DNA of 64,000 nucleotides from positions 64,001 to 128,000 of the forward strand of contig JAYZQJ010000227.1 in NCBI GenBank assembly GCA_036149055.1. The letters run 5' to 3'. This DNA is from Myxococcota bacterium. Lineage in GTDB: Bacteria; Myxococcota_A; Polyangia; Polyangiales; Sandaracinaceae. Both the position numbers and the translations under genes were made by a program. Under the pieces are notes generated by a model, which was not told the DNA's origin, made no database searches, and saw only the letters and a program-made list of their open reading frames with translations. Positions 29,379 through 39,470 of this stretch are shown piece by piece (position 1 is the stretch's first letter; each line of letters starts with the position of its first letter).

Positions 29379-30073
29379 CGCGCCTCGAGGATCCGGACGT
29401 TCTCCTGCAGCCGCGCGTCGAACGCGGTGAGGAACGCCCGGGCCTCGGGGGTCTCCAGCGCGGCGCCCAGCTCCGCGGTGCCGCGCTGCATGGCCGCCTC
29501 GTCGGCCTCGCTGAGGCCGGCGGTCGGGTCCGCGTCTTCGCCCTTGCCGCGAAGGCGCCGGACCGCGTGCCACGCCGCCTTGGGCAGCCCCGACACCCCG
29601 CGCAGGGCCTTCCTCAGGAGCGCCTGCAGCAGCTTCATGTCGGTCCCGGCCACGGCGTTGTCGAACGCGGCCCGGAGCAGCTCCGCCTCCCGCCGGCGCG
29701 CCTCCGGAGCGGCGTCGTCCGCGAGCCTCCCCTCGGCCAGCCAGCCGTCGAGCGCCCGACCGAGCAGCACCGCGTCGCTCAGGTCCCGGGTGAGATAGCG
29801 GAGCGCGAAGATCCAGCTCAGCACCTTCTTGATCGGGAAGAGCAGCAGCTTCAGCCCCGAGAGGAGGCACCCGTAGACGCAGCCGTGCGGGTCCGCGTAG
29901 AGCGGCGCCACCTGCTTGGAGGGGAAGCCCCGCCCGTGGGCCTGGAGCGCCTTGGTGATCATCAGCTGGCGCGCCCGATCACCGAGGAAGTCGTCGAGGA
30001 ACGGGACCGGGGTGAGCCGCGCCGCGGAGGCGAGCAGACCGCAGGTCAGGCGGAGGCTGAGGGCGGCGTCCAT
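29372..30073 (-). CDS. Hypothetical protein
   Basis: 233-aa ORF; PVPFLDD motif; plausible coding frame. Confidence 0.7.
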   Translation of the reverse strand: MDAALSLRLTCGLLASAARLTPVPFLDDFLGDRARQLMITKALQAHGRGFPSKQVAPLYADPHGCVYGCLLSGLKLLLFPIKKVLSWIFALRYLTRDLSDAVLLGRALDGWLAEGRLADDAAPEARRREAELLRAAFDNAVAGTDMKLLQALLRKALRGVSGLPKAAWHAVRRLRGKGEDADPTAGLSEADEAAMQRGTAELGAALETPEARAFLTAFDARLQENVRILEARY

Positions 30074-30122
30074 GAAGAGGTCAGCCTACCCAAACCGGAG
30101 CGCGGCCGGTTGATTCCCGCGA

Positions 30123-30659
30123 TCAGGCGCTGAGCCGCCCGACGTCGCTGCGGCAGTCGCGGCAGACGGCGTAGACGACCACCGCCTCGCGGGGCAGATC
30201 GCCTCGGGACGCGGCGTCGCTGGCCTCGTGCCAGGCGCCGTCGAGCTTGACCCGATTGCACATGCTGCAGCGCACGTGCGCGTTCGGTCCGCGCGCGAAG
30301 CGGAAGCGCACCCCCGGCCGCATGCGCTCCTCCTCCAGGATGCGGTGCTCGAGGCGCACCCGGTCGCCCTCGGGGCTCAGCCGCATCTCCATGTGGCGCC
30401 GGTGGGTCGGGGAGTCGCAGCGGTAGCGGCGCACGAGGGTCTTGTGGTGGGTGCGCACCGCGGCGAGCAGGGTGGAGAGCAGCATGCGCGTCGTGTCGCC
30501 CTCGATGAACGACCAGAGCGGCTTGCCCAGCACCCGCTCGCGCAGGACCGCGTCGCCGTCGTTGTCGCGCGCGAAGCCATCCCAGGCGCCGCCCACGTCC
30601 ACCACCACGTCGTCCGCGTCCACCCAGTAGACGACCGCTTCCCTGACCCGCTCCGTCAC
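30123..30659 (-). CDS. PAS-like protein with a C-terminal CxxC...CxxC motif
   Basis: YWVDADD...WDGFA...LGKPLWSFI, YRCDSP, CSMC and CRDC; GTG start inferred. Confidence 0.7.
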   Translation of the reverse strand: MTERVREAVVYWVDADDVVVDVGGAWDGFARDNDGDAVLRERVLGKPLWSFIEGDTTRMLLSTLLAAVRTHHKTLVRRYRCDSPTHRRHMEMRLSPEGDRVRLEHRILEEERMRPGVRFRFARGPNAHVRCSMCNRVKLDGAWHEASDAASRGDLPREAVVVYAVCRDCRSDVGRLSA

Positions 30660-30679
30660 CGCGATCAGGTTCTTAGGTC

Positions 30680-31513
30680 CTAATTGCCGGAGAGCCACTT
30701 CGAGATGCGCGGGCTGCGCGTCACGTGGCCGATGACCCCGAAGAAGCCCTGACCGAGCAGGCGCTTGGCGCGCCACATCACCTTGCCGTCGGCCTGGGGC
30801 ACGACGTAGAGGTCGCCCCGCTCGAGCCCCCGGAGCGCCACGTCCGCGACCGCCTCGGCCGTCCACTTGGAGCTGGTGATCAGCTTCGCGGTCTGGGCCC
30901 GGAGCGCCTCGTTCGCCCGCGCGTTCTCGTGGATGCGGGTGCGGAAGAAGGTCGGGCACAGCGCCGTCACGTGCACGCCGGTCCCGGCCAGCTCCCCGTA
31001 GAGGGTCTCGCTCAGCGCGACCACGCCGGCCTTGGTGACGTTGTAGGGCCCCATCATCGGCGCCGAGAGCAGGCCGGCCGCCGACGCGACGTTGAGCACC
31101 CAGCCCTGCCCCTGCTTCTTCATGCGCGGCACGAAGGCGTGGCAGCCGTGCACGACGCCCCAGAGGTTGATGTCGATCTGCCAGCGCCAGTCCTCGAGGC
31201 TCACGTCCCCGACCGCGCCGGCCACCGCGACGCCCGCGTTGTTCACCAGGATGTCGACGCCGCCGAACGCCTCGTCGACGCGCGCCGCCTGGGCCTCGAC
31301 CTGCTCCGGGTCACGCACGTCGCAGCGCAGGCTCAGGGCCTCGCCGCCCGCCCGCGTGCACAGCTCGACGGTCTCCGCGAGGCCCTCCTCGTCGACGTCC
31401 GAGAGCACGAGGCGCCCACCGCGCTCGGCGAGGCGGAGGCTGATGGCGCGGCCGAAGCCGCTCGCGGCCCCGGTGACCGCGGCGCGAGGACGGGAGGGGA
31501 AGGTGCGGGCCAT
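30680..31513 (-). CDS. Short-chain dehydrogenase/reductase
   Basis: TGAASGFG, NNAG, NVAS, YNVTK. Confidence 0.93.
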   Translation of the reverse strand: MARTFPSRPRAAVTGAASGFGRAISLRLAERGGRLVLSDVDEEGLAETVELCTRAGGEALSLRCDVRDPEQVEAQAARVDEAFGGVDILVNNAGVAVAGAVGDVSLEDWRWQIDINLWGVVHGCHAFVPRMKKQGQGWVLNVASAAGLLSAPMMGPYNVTKAGVVALSETLYGELAGTGVHVTALCPTFFRTRIHENARANEALRAQTAKLITSSKWTAEAVADVALRGLERGDLYVVPQADGKVMWRAKRLLGQGFFGVIGHVTRSPRISKWLSGN

Positions 31514-31616
31514 GCCTCCGCTGTAGCACATCGCGTCGGCATCGTTCGGGGACGACTCAAGGATCGCAGCCACCCCGCCGTTGATCGCGCCGTACCCAAA
31601 AGGGAGGAACGAGAAG

Positions 31617-31973
31617 ATGAAGGTCCTCGTCGTCGACGACAGCAAGGCCATGCGCATGATCGTCCGCCGCGCCCTGCGGCAGACCGGGCTCGATCTGGAC
31701 GTCTCGGAAGCGGAGAACGGGAAGGCGGCCTTCGACCAGCTCGTCGAGACTCGCTTCGACTTCGTGCTGAGCGACTGGAACATGCCCGAGATGAACGGCT
31801 ACGAGCTGCTCCAGCGCATCAAGGCCGAGAACATCCCCGTCAAGCTCGGTTTCGTGACCTCGGAGAGCACCGACGAGATGAAGTCGCAGGCCCGCGAGGC
31901 TGGCGCCGAGTTCCTCATCTCGAAGCCGTTCACGCCCGAGGTCCTGAGCGAGCGGCTCGGCCGCTACGCCTGA
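31617..31973 (+). CDS. cheY: CheY-like single-domain response regulator
   Basis: [22 protein letters not shown]; strong RBS. Confidence 0.88.
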   Translation: MKVLVVDDSKAMRMIVRRALRQTGLDLDVSEAENGKAAFDQLVETRFDFVLSDWNMPEMNGYELLQRIKAENIPVKLGFVTSESTDEMKSQAREAGAEFLISKPFTPEVLSERLGRYA

Positions 31974-31980
31974 CGCCGCC

Positions 31981-33015
31981 ATGCCCCGCCCCGACGACGC
32001 GGCCCGCCAGGTCTCCGCGCACTCGCACGAGCAGGCGCGCGTGCTCGAGGAGGCGTCCCGCGCCGTCGCGGGCATCGCCGAGATGAGCGCCGGCATCGAG
32101 CGCCTGAGCCGCACCGCGGCCGAGCTCGCGCAGGAGGCCAACGGTCAGGCGGGCGCGGGGCGAACCGATCTCGACCGGCTCGGCGAGGTCGTACGGGACC
32201 TCGACGGTCTGCACGCCGAGCTCGGCGAGCTGGCCCGGAGCGTGCGCGCCATCCAGGACCGGTCGCGGGCCATCCAGCGCTTCGCCGCGCAGGCCCGGAT
32301 GCTCGCGCTGAACGCCCAGATCGAGGCGGCGCGGGCCGGAGAGCACGGCCGGGGCTTCTCGGTGGTCGCGGTCGAGATGCGGGAGCTCGCCACCCACTCG
32401 CAGGACGCGGCCCAGGAGATCTCCGACGCGGTCGACGACGGCGCCGGCCGCATCGACTCGCTGCGCGAGCGCGCCGGCGAGCGCACGAAGGCGGCCCGGG
32501 ACGCGGTCGAGAGCGCCCGCGGCTCCTTCGAGGTGATCGCCGACGAGGTGCATCGGATCGCGGACGCGAACGAGACCATCGCGCGGACGACCGTCGAGCA
32601 GGCGACCCTCACCCGGGAGACCAGCCACACCCTGCGCGCCCGCGCGGAGGAGGCGGGCGGCCGGGCGGCCGAGGTGGACTCGCTGCTCACCGGAGACGTC
32701 GTGCCGGAGCTCGGCCCCGAGGAGGCCTACGCGCGGATCGCGGGCTTCGAGCTCGTCGACGTGCGGGACCCCGAGGAGATCGACCGCGACGGTTCGATCG
32801 CCGGGAGCCGCTGCCTGCCGATCGGCGAGGCGCTCGAGCGCGCCCTGCCCGGGCTCGACCCCGACGCCCGCTACCTGTTCGTGTGCCGCAGCGGAGGGCG
32901 CAGCCTGAGGGCCGCCCGGCTCGCCCGCGCGAGAGGGCTCGACGCCACGAACCTGGCCGGCGGGATGCTCCGCTGGACCGAGGCCCGCCTGCCGACGCGC
33001 CGGCGCGCCGCCTGA
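31981..33015 (+). CDS. Cytoplasmic chemoreceptor (MCP signalling domain) fused to a C-terminal rhodanese domain
   Basis: [46 protein letters not shown]; no TM segment. Confidence 0.85.
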   Translation: MPRPDDAARQVSAHSHEQARVLEEASRAVAGIAEMSAGIERLSRTAAELAQEANGQAGAGRTDLDRLGEVVRDLDGLHAELGELARSVRAIQDRSRAIQRFAAQARMLALNAQIEAARAGEHGRGFSVVAVEMRELATHSQDAAQEISDAVDDGAGRIDSLRERAGERTKAARDAVESARGSFEVIADEVHRIADANETIARTTVEQATLTRETSHTLRARAEEAGGRAAEVDSLLTGDVVPELGPEEAYARIAGFELVDVRDPEEIDRDGSIAGSRCLPIGEALERALPGLDPDARYLFVCRSGGRSLRAARLARARGLDATNLAGGMLRWTEARLPTRRRAA

Positions 33016-33024
33016 GGAGAGACG

Positions 33025-34242
33025 ATGAGCCACGCCGCCGCGCGCCACGAGAGCCACGAGGTCCCGGTCATGCTCGGGCGACGCCCGATGTTCGGGCCCG
33101 ACCTCGACACCACGGCGTACCGCCTCCTCTACGCGGGCGTGCCCGATCCGGGCGGCCGCGAGCACATGACGGCGGAGGTCGTGGTGCGCGCGATGGTCGA
33201 CTTCGGCATCGATCGCATCTGCGAGGACAAGCCGGCCGTCATCAGCTTCCCCCGGGCGTTCCTCACCGGCGAGCTGCCGGTCACCGTGCCGCGCCACCGC
33301 GTGGTCGTGCGGGTCTCGCCCGAGGTGGAGCCCGACCTGCAGGTGGTCGAGGGCCTCCGGGCGCTGGCCGGACAGGGCTACCGGATCGCCCTCAGCGCGC
33401 CGCCGCTCGGGCCCCTCGCCGGCGAGCTGCTGAGCGCCGCGTACCTCGTGGAGATCCCGGTCATGGGCCGCTCGATCGCGGAGATCGGCGCGGACGTCGA
33501 GCGGGTCGGCGAGGTGCGCACGGTCGCGATCGGGGTGGAGTCGTTCTCGCAGCTCGGCGAGCTGAAGTCGCTGGGCTTCTCCCACTTCGCCGGCGACTTC
33601 CTCGGCAAGCCCCGCCTCCTGAAGACCCGCCGGCCGAGCTCGGGCCGCCTGGCGACGCTGCAGCTGCTCAAGCTCGTGCACGACCCGAACGTGACCATCC
33701 CCGAGCTCGAGTCGGTGATCTCGCGCGACGCGACCCTCGGCTACCGTCTCCTCCGCTGGGTGAACTCGGCCGCGTGCGGCCTGCCCCGACGGATCGACTC
33801 GGTGCACCAGGCGCTCGTGCTGCTCGGCCTCCAGAAGCTGCGCGCGCTGGTCTCGATGGTCGCGCTCGCCTCGCTGACCGACGAGCCCCGCGAGCTGCTC
33901 ACGCTCTCCCTCACCCGCGCGCGGTGCTGCGAGCTGGTGGCGCAGCGCAGCGGCGCGGACGCCCCGGACGTCTACTTCACGGTCGGCCTCTTCTCGCTCC
34001 TCGACGCCCTCTTCGGCATGTCGATGGACGCGATCCTGGAGCGGGTCCCCCTGTCCGAGCGGGTGGCGCGCGCGCTGACCCAGGGCGACAACGCGGAGGG
34101 CCGGGTCCTGTCGATGGTGGCCGCCCAGGAGCGCGGCGACTTCAGCGGGGTCGCGCGTCTCGGCGGTGATCCGCACGCCATCAGCCTCACCTGGGTCGAC
34201 GCCCTGGAGTGGGCGGGCGCCGCGGGCCGGGAAATGCGCTGA
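33025..34242 (+). CDS. Degenerate-EAL + HDOD domain protein
   Basis: RRPMF...AYRLLY EAL-like N-terminus; RDATLGYRLLRWVNSA, SVHQALVLLG, RARCCE, GLFSLLDA. Confidence 0.85.
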   Translation: MSHAAARHESHEVPVMLGRRPMFGPDLDTTAYRLLYAGVPDPGGREHMTAEVVVRAMVDFGIDRICEDKPAVISFPRAFLTGELPVTVPRHRVVVRVSPEVEPDLQVVEGLRALAGQGYRIALSAPPLGPLAGELLSAAYLVEIPVMGRSIAEIGADVERVGEVRTVAIGVESFSQLGELKSLGFSHFAGDFLGKPRLLKTRRPSSGRLATLQLLKLVHDPNVTIPELESVISRDATLGYRLLRWVNSAACGLPRRIDSVHQALVLLGLQKLRALVSMVALASLTDEPRELLTLSLTRARCCELVAQRSGADAPDVYFTVGLFSLLDALFGMSMDAILERVPLSERVARALTQGDNAEGRVLSMVAAQERGDFSGVARLGGDPHAISLTWVDALEWAGAAGREMR

Positions 34243-34300
34243 GCGCCGCGTCGCTGTCTCAAGAAGCGACGCGCGCCGCCGATGATCCCCTTCGAGACGC

Positions 34301-36403
34301 ATGGACGAGCTCGAAGAGATCATCCAGTCCTTCCTGGTCGAGTCGGCCGAGGGCCTCGCGCAGGTCGAGCAAGACCTGGTGCTGCTCGAGAAGGACCCTG
34401 GCGACGCCGAGGCGCTGAAGCGCATCACGCGCGTCCTCCACACGATCAAGGGCACCTGCGGCTTCCTCGGCTTCGAGAACCTCGAGGAGCTGACCCACGT
34501 CGCGGAGTCGACGTTGATCCCGGTGCGCGACGGCGAGAAGCGGTTCGACAGCCGCCTCGCCGACGTGCTCCTCGAGGTCGTCGACCGGACGCGGGCCATC
34601 TTCGCGCAGATCGAGGCCGAGGGCACCGAGCACCCGCAGCCGCACGACGCGCTCGTCGCCCAGCTCCGCGCGATCGACGAGGGCGAGGCGCCCGAGGCGC
34701 CCGAGCCGGTCGCGGCGCCCGAGCCGGCGCCCACCGCGACCGTGCACGCCGACGCGCCCCCCACGGTGAGCGCCGCCGAGACCTCGACCACCATCCGGGT
34801 GGACGTCCGGGTGCTCGACCGCCTGATGAACCTGGTCGGTGAGCTCGTGCTCTCCCGCAACCAGCTGGTCCGCAGCGAGCTCTCCTCGGCGAGCAACCAC
34901 GTCAGCGGCGCCCTCGCCCGCCTCAGCTCCATCACCACGGAGCTGCAGGAGGGGATCATGAAGACCCGGATGCAGCCGGTGAAGCAGATCTGGGGCAGCG
35001 TGCCGCGCATCGTGCGCGACGTCTCGAAGGTCGCCGGCAAGCAGGTGGAGCTGGCGCTCAGCGGCGCCGACACCGAGATCGACCGGGGCGTGCTCGACGC
35101 GATCAAGGACCCGCTGCTGCACCTCGTGCGCAACGCGGTCGATCACGGCATCGAGTCGCCCGAGGCCCGCGAGCGCGCCGGCAAGAGCCGGGCGGGGACG
35201 CTCTCGGTGCACGCCTATCACGAGAACGGCTTCGTCGGGATCCGCATCCGCGACGACGGCGCGGGCATCGACCCGGGGCGCATCCGCGACAAGGCGCTCG
35301 AGCGGGGGCTCATCGACGACGCCGCGGCCGCGCGCATGTCCGACCGCGACCTCGTCTCGCTCATCTTCGCGGCTGGCTTCTCGACCGCGGAGAAGGTCAC
35401 CAACATCTCGGGTCGCGGCGTCGGCATGGACGTCGTGAAGACCAGCATCGAGCGCATCGGCGGCGTGGTCGAGGTGGACTCGACCGTCGGCTCCGGCACG
35501 ACGTTCCGGATCAAGCTCCCGCTGACCCTCGCCATCGTGCCGGCGCTCGTGGTGCGCTCGGAGTCGGAGCGCTACGCGCTGCCGCAGGCGACGGTCCAGG
35601 AGCTCATCCGCCTGCGCGAGGGCGCGATCGAGCGGGTGCAGGACGCGCACGTCTACCGCCTCCGCGGCCAGCTCGTCCCCCTGCTCTCGCTCGGAGAGCT
35701 GCTCGGGCTCGGCGCCGGCATCCTCGACGAGGCGATGCGAAGCGAGCGCGACGGGACGCTGCTCGTGATCAACGCCGACGGGAAGACCTTCGGGCTGGTG
35801 GTCGACGAGGTCGCGGACTCGGAGGAGATCGTGGTCAAGCCGCTCGGCGCCCTGGTCGGCGACCTCGGCGTGTTCGGCGGCGCGACCATCCTCGGCGACG
35901 GCCGGGTGGCGCTCATCCTCGATCCCCTCGGGCTCGCCCAGCGCGCGGCCCTCGCGGAGGAGGGGCGGGCGGTCACCGGGACGATGCTCGCGAGCGACGA
36001 CGAGCTGCCCGCGGAGAGCGACTCGCTGCTCGTGTGCCTCGAGGACGAGGGGCGCCGCGTCGCCTTCCCGCTCGCCCAGGTCGCGCGGCTCGAGGAGGTC
36101 GCCCCCGAGGAGGTCGAGCGCTCGCACGGGCGCCCGGTCGTCCAGTACCACGGCCGGCTCCTGCCCCTGGTCAACGCGGGCGCGGGCGCGGGCATGCCGC
36201 TGATGCACGTGGTGGTGCGCGACACCGCCGGCGGACCGGTCGGCGTCGTGGTGCGCGAGGTGCTCGACGTGGTCGAGCGCGACGCGGAGAACGAGCGCGG
36301 CAGCATCGTGGTGGACGGCAAGGTCACCGATCTCCTCGCGCTCGACGACCTCATCGCGCGGGAGCGGCCGGAGCTGCTCGAGGGAGCGCCCCATGCAGCC
36401 TGA
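34301..36403 (+). CDS. cheA: Chemotaxis histidine kinase CheA with two CheW-like domains
   Basis: Hpt LHTIKG, LMNLVGELV, HLVRNAVDHGIE, GRGVGMDVV, LPLTLAI. Confidence 0.95.
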   Translation: MDELEEIIQSFLVESAEGLAQVEQDLVLLEKDPGDAEALKRITRVLHTIKGTCGFLGFENLEELTHVAESTLIPVRDGEKRFDSRLADVLLEVVDRTRAIFAQIEAEGTEHPQPHDALVAQLRAIDEGEAPEAPEPVAAPEPAPTATVHADAPPTVSAAETSTTIRVDVRVLDRLMNLVGELVLSRNQLVRSELSSASNHVSGALARLSSITTELQEGIMKTRMQPVKQIWGSVPRIVRDVSKVAGKQVELALSGADTEIDRGVLDAIKDPLLHLVRNAVDHGIESPEARERAGKSRAGTLSVHAYHENGFVGIRIRDDGAGIDPGRIRDKALERGLIDDAAAARMSDRDLVSLIFAAGFSTAEKVTNISGRGVGMDVVKTSIERIGGVVEVDSTVGSGTTFRIKLPLTLAIVPALVVRSESERYALPQATVQELIRLREGAIERVQDAHVYRLRGQLVPLLSLGELLGLGAGILDEAMRSERDGTLLVINADGKTFGLVVDEVADSEEIVVKPLGALVGDLGVFGGATILGDGRVALILDPLGLAQRAALAEEGRAVTGTMLASDDELPAESDSLLVCLEDEGRRVAFPLAQVARLEEVAPEEVERSHGRPVVQYHGRLLPLVNAGAGAGMPLMHVVVRDTAGGPVGVVVREVLDVVERDAENERGSIVVDGKVTDLLALDDLIARERPELLEGAPHAA

Positions 36404-36821
36404 CACGCGCCAGCTCTGCACCTTCGAGGTCGACGATCTCCTCTTCGGGATCCCGGTCGAGTCGGTGCGCGAGCTGATGAAGCCGCAGCCGATGACGCGG
36501 GTCCCGCTCTCCGCCCACCCGGTGGTCGGGCTCATCAACATCCGCGGCGAGATCGTCACCGCGGTCGACGTCCGGCGTCGGCTCGGGATGGCCAACGCGG
36601 AGTCGCCGGGCATGAACGTCGTGCTCTTCGTCGACGGCGAGCTCGCGAGCGTCCTCGTCGACCGCATCGGCGACGTCATCGAGGTCCACGAGGACCAGTT
36701 CGAGCGTCCCCCCGAGACCCTGCGCGGCTCGGTGCGGGAGGTGATCCAGGGGGCCTACAAGCTCCCGCAACGTTTGCTGCTCCTGCTCGACGTGCCGCGG
36801 TTCGTCGCCGGATGCAGCTGA
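36393..36821 (+). CDS. cheW: CheW adaptor
   Basis: [28 protein letters not shown]. Confidence 0.92.
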   Translation: MQPDTRQLCTFEVDDLLFGIPVESVRELMKPQPMTRVPLSAHPVVGLINIRGEIVTAVDVRRRLGMANAESPGMNVVLFVDGELASVLVDRIGDVIEVHEDQFERPPETLRGSVREVIQGAYKLPQRLLLLLDVPRFVAGCS

Positions 36822-36832
36822 GAGAGGCCGAG

Positions 36833-38398
36833 ATGAAGGCAAGCCCCGACAACCGAACCCACCCCAGGACGCGCGCCCTCGCGATCGGCGGCGGCGCCCT
36901 CATCGTGATCGCCTGGGTCGTCGGCGCGTCCAGCGCCGTGGGCATCCAGGACGACGCGGTGACCAGCGCGACGGTCGCCCATCAGGGAGCGCTCGCGCAC
37001 CGCTACGCGCTCGAGGCCCTCGAGGACCCCGAGCGCGCCGGCGAGACGATGGACGAGCTCCGCGCGTCGATGGCGATCGCCAGCACCGACGAGGTGCGCG
37101 AGGCGGTCGACGCGCTCGAGGAGCGGGGCGCGGACGTCGCGACGCCCGAGGCGCGGCGAGCCCTCACCCGGAGCGCCTCGGCGGTCTCGCGCGCCGCGCA
37201 CGCCGCCGCGGTCGACCGGGTGCCCGGCTACGGTCGGCTCCTGCTCCCGGCGGGCATCACGGGGGGCGCGGCGCTCGTCGCCGTCCTGCTCTTCCTGATG
37301 ACCGTGCGGCAGCTGCGCCGACGGCTCGACGTGCCCGCGCGCGAGGTCTCGAGCGTCGCCGAGGCGCTCGCCCGCGGCGACCTGACCGCGCGCGCCGCCT
37401 TCACCGACCCCGCCTTCCGGCTCGCGGGCGACGCGCTCGACGGGGCGATCGAGCGCTTCGGCGGCTCGGTCTCGTCCATCCGCGACAGCTCCCGCGGCCT
37501 CGCGCAGTCGTCGGAGGAGCTGACCGCGGTCAGCCATCAGCTCGCCAGCGGCGCCGAGGAGACCTCGACCCGCGCGAGCGCGGTCACCAGCGCGGCGAAG
37601 GGCGTGAGCGACAACGTCCAGCTCGTCGTCGCGGCGGCCGAGCAGATGAACGCGAGCGTCGGCGAGATCGCCCGGGCCGCGCGCGAGGCCTCCGAGATCG
37701 CCGGCAGCGCGGTCGACGCGGCCCACAGCACGAACGCCTCGGTCACGCGCCTCGGGGCCAGCAGCGCCGAGATCGGCCAGGTGGTGAAGGTGATCACCTC
37801 GATCGCCGAGCAGACCAACCTGCTCGCCCTGAACGCGACCATCGAGGCGGCGCGCGCGGGCGAGGCCGGCAAGGGCTTCGCGGTCGTCGCCAACGAGGTG
37901 AAGGAGCTCGCCAAGGAGACGAGCCGGGCGACCGAGGACATCAGCCGCCGCATCGACGCGATCCAGCGCGACACCGGCGAGGCGGTCAGCGCGATCGGGC
38001 GCATCGACCAGGTCATCCAGCACGTCAACGAGATCCAGGCGACGATCGCCGCGGCGGTGGAGGAGCAGTCCATCACCACCCAGGAGATCCAGCGCAACGT
38101 CGCCGAGGCGGCGCAGGGCAGCGCGGACATCGCCGAGAGCGTCGCCGGCGTGGCCGAGGCGGCGCGGGAGACCAGCGAGAGCGCCAGCGCGATCCGCATC
38201 GCCGCCCGCGAGCTGTCGAGCATGGGCGTCGAGCTCCAGGGTCTCCTGGGCCAGTTCCGCGTGAGCGGGACGGGGCACAGCAAGGTCGAGAGCCGCGCGA
38301 TGACCCGCGGGGCCGGGTTCGGGTTCGGCAACGGCGCGGGCAACGGCGGGATCCACCCGGCGCTCGCCGACTTCGACGGTCCGATCATCGAGATGTGA
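36833..38398 (+). CDS. Transmembrane methyl-accepting chemotaxis protein
   Basis: Two TM segments, HAMP-like region, [37 protein letters not shown]. Confidence 0.93.
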   Translation: MKASPDNRTHPRTRALAIGGGALIVIAWVVGASSAVGIQDDAVTSATVAHQGALAHRYALEALEDPERAGETMDELRASMAIASTDEVREAVDALEERGADVATPEARRALTRSASAVSRAAHAAAVDRVPGYGRLLLPAGITGGAALVAVLLFLMTVRQLRRRLDVPAREVSSVAEALARGDLTARAAFTDPAFRLAGDALDGAIERFGGSVSSIRDSSRGLAQSSEELTAVSHQLASGAEETSTRASAVTSAAKGVSDNVQLVVAAAEQMNASVGEIARAAREASEIAGSAVDAAHSTNASVTRLGASSAEIGQVVKVITSIAEQTNLLALNATIEAARAGEAGKGFAVVANEVKELAKETSRATEDISRRIDAIQRDTGEAVSAIGRIDQVIQHVNEIQATIAAAVEEQSITTQEIQRNVAEAAQGSADIAESVAGVAEAARETSESASAIRIAARELSSMGVELQGLLGQFRVSGTGHSKVESRAMTRGAGFGFGNGAGNGGIHPALADFDGPIIEM

Positions 38399-38402
38399 GC
38401 GC

Positions 38403-39470
38403 GTGCCCAAGCGGATCCTCATCGCCGACGACAGCGCCCTGGTGCGCGGCTTCCTCGTTCGCCTGCTCGAGCACGACCCTCGCTTCGAGGTCGCCGGCAT
38501 CGCGCACGACGGGCGCGCCGCGGTCGAGCGGGTGCGCGTCGGTCAGTACGACGCGGTCGTGCTCGACGTGGAGATGCCGCGCCTCAACGGGCTCGAGGCG
38601 CTCAGCGAGATCCGGGAGATCGCGCCGTCGCTGCCGGTGCTGATGTTCAGCCAGCACACCGAGCGCGGCGCCAAGATCGCGATCGAGGCGCTCTCGCGCG
38701 GGGCCGCGGACTACGTGACCAAGCCGTCGGCGCGGCTGCGAGATCTGAGCCGCGAGAACGTGACGGCGGAGCTGCTCGCGAAGCTGCTCGCGGTGACCAC
38801 GCGCGCGCCGAACGTCACCCCGCTGCGCCCCCGGCCGAGCCCGCTCTCGTCGACCGCCCCGGAGGTGATCGTGCTCGCGGCGTCCACCGGCGGCCCTCGC
38901 GCCCTCGACGTCGTGCTCCGCACGATCCCCCGCTGGCTGCCGGTCCCGGTGCTGATCGTGCAGCACATGCCGGCGCTCTTCACCACCCACCTCGCGCACC
39001 GACTGCACGAGTCGGCGCCGCTCCCGGTGAGCGAGGCGCGGGACGGAGAGCTCATCGAGCCCGGCCGCGTCTACGTCGCCCCGGGCGACCGACACCTCCG
39101 GGTGCTCCGCATCGGCGACACGCGGCGGCTGCGGGTGGTCGAGGAGCCCCCCGTCCAGGGCTGCCGGCCGTCGGCCGACGTGCTGTTCGGCTCGGCCGCG
39201 GACGCGTGGGGGCCCGGCGTGCTCGCCGCGGTGCTCACCGGCATGGGGCGGGACGGAACCGAGGGCGCGCGGCGGATCGTGGAGCGCGGCGGCCGGGTGC
39301 TCGCGCAAGACCAGGCCACCTCGACCGTCTGGGGCATGCCCGGACAGGTCGCCAAGGAGGGCCTCGCGGAGGAGCTCGTGCCGCTGCCCGACGTCGGCCG
39401 CGCCCTGGTCTCGCGCGTGGTCGCCGGCATCCGGCGCGCCGAGGGGAGGAGCGTCGATGGACGACGCTGA
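38403..39470 (+). CDS. cheB: Chemotaxis methylesterase CheB
   Basis: Receiver domain (LDVEMP) plus ASTGGP, VQHMP, TGMGRDG catalytic motifs. Confidence 0.95.
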   Translation: MPKRILIADDSALVRGFLVRLLEHDPRFEVAGIAHDGRAAVERVRVGQYDAVVLDVEMPRLNGLEALSEIREIAPSLPVLMFSQHTERGAKIAIEALSRGAADYVTKPSARLRDLSRENVTAELLAKLLAVTTRAPNVTPLRPRPSPLSSTAPEVIVLAASTGGPRALDVVLRTIPRWLPVPVLIVQHMPALFTTHLAHRLHESAPLPVSEARDGELIEPGRVYVAPGDRHLRVLRIGDTRRLRVVEEPPVQGCRPSADVLFGSAADAWGPGVLAAVLTGMGRDGTEGARRIVERGGRVLAQDQATSTVWGMPGQVAKEGLAEELVPLPDVGRALVSRVVAGIRRAEGRSVDGRR

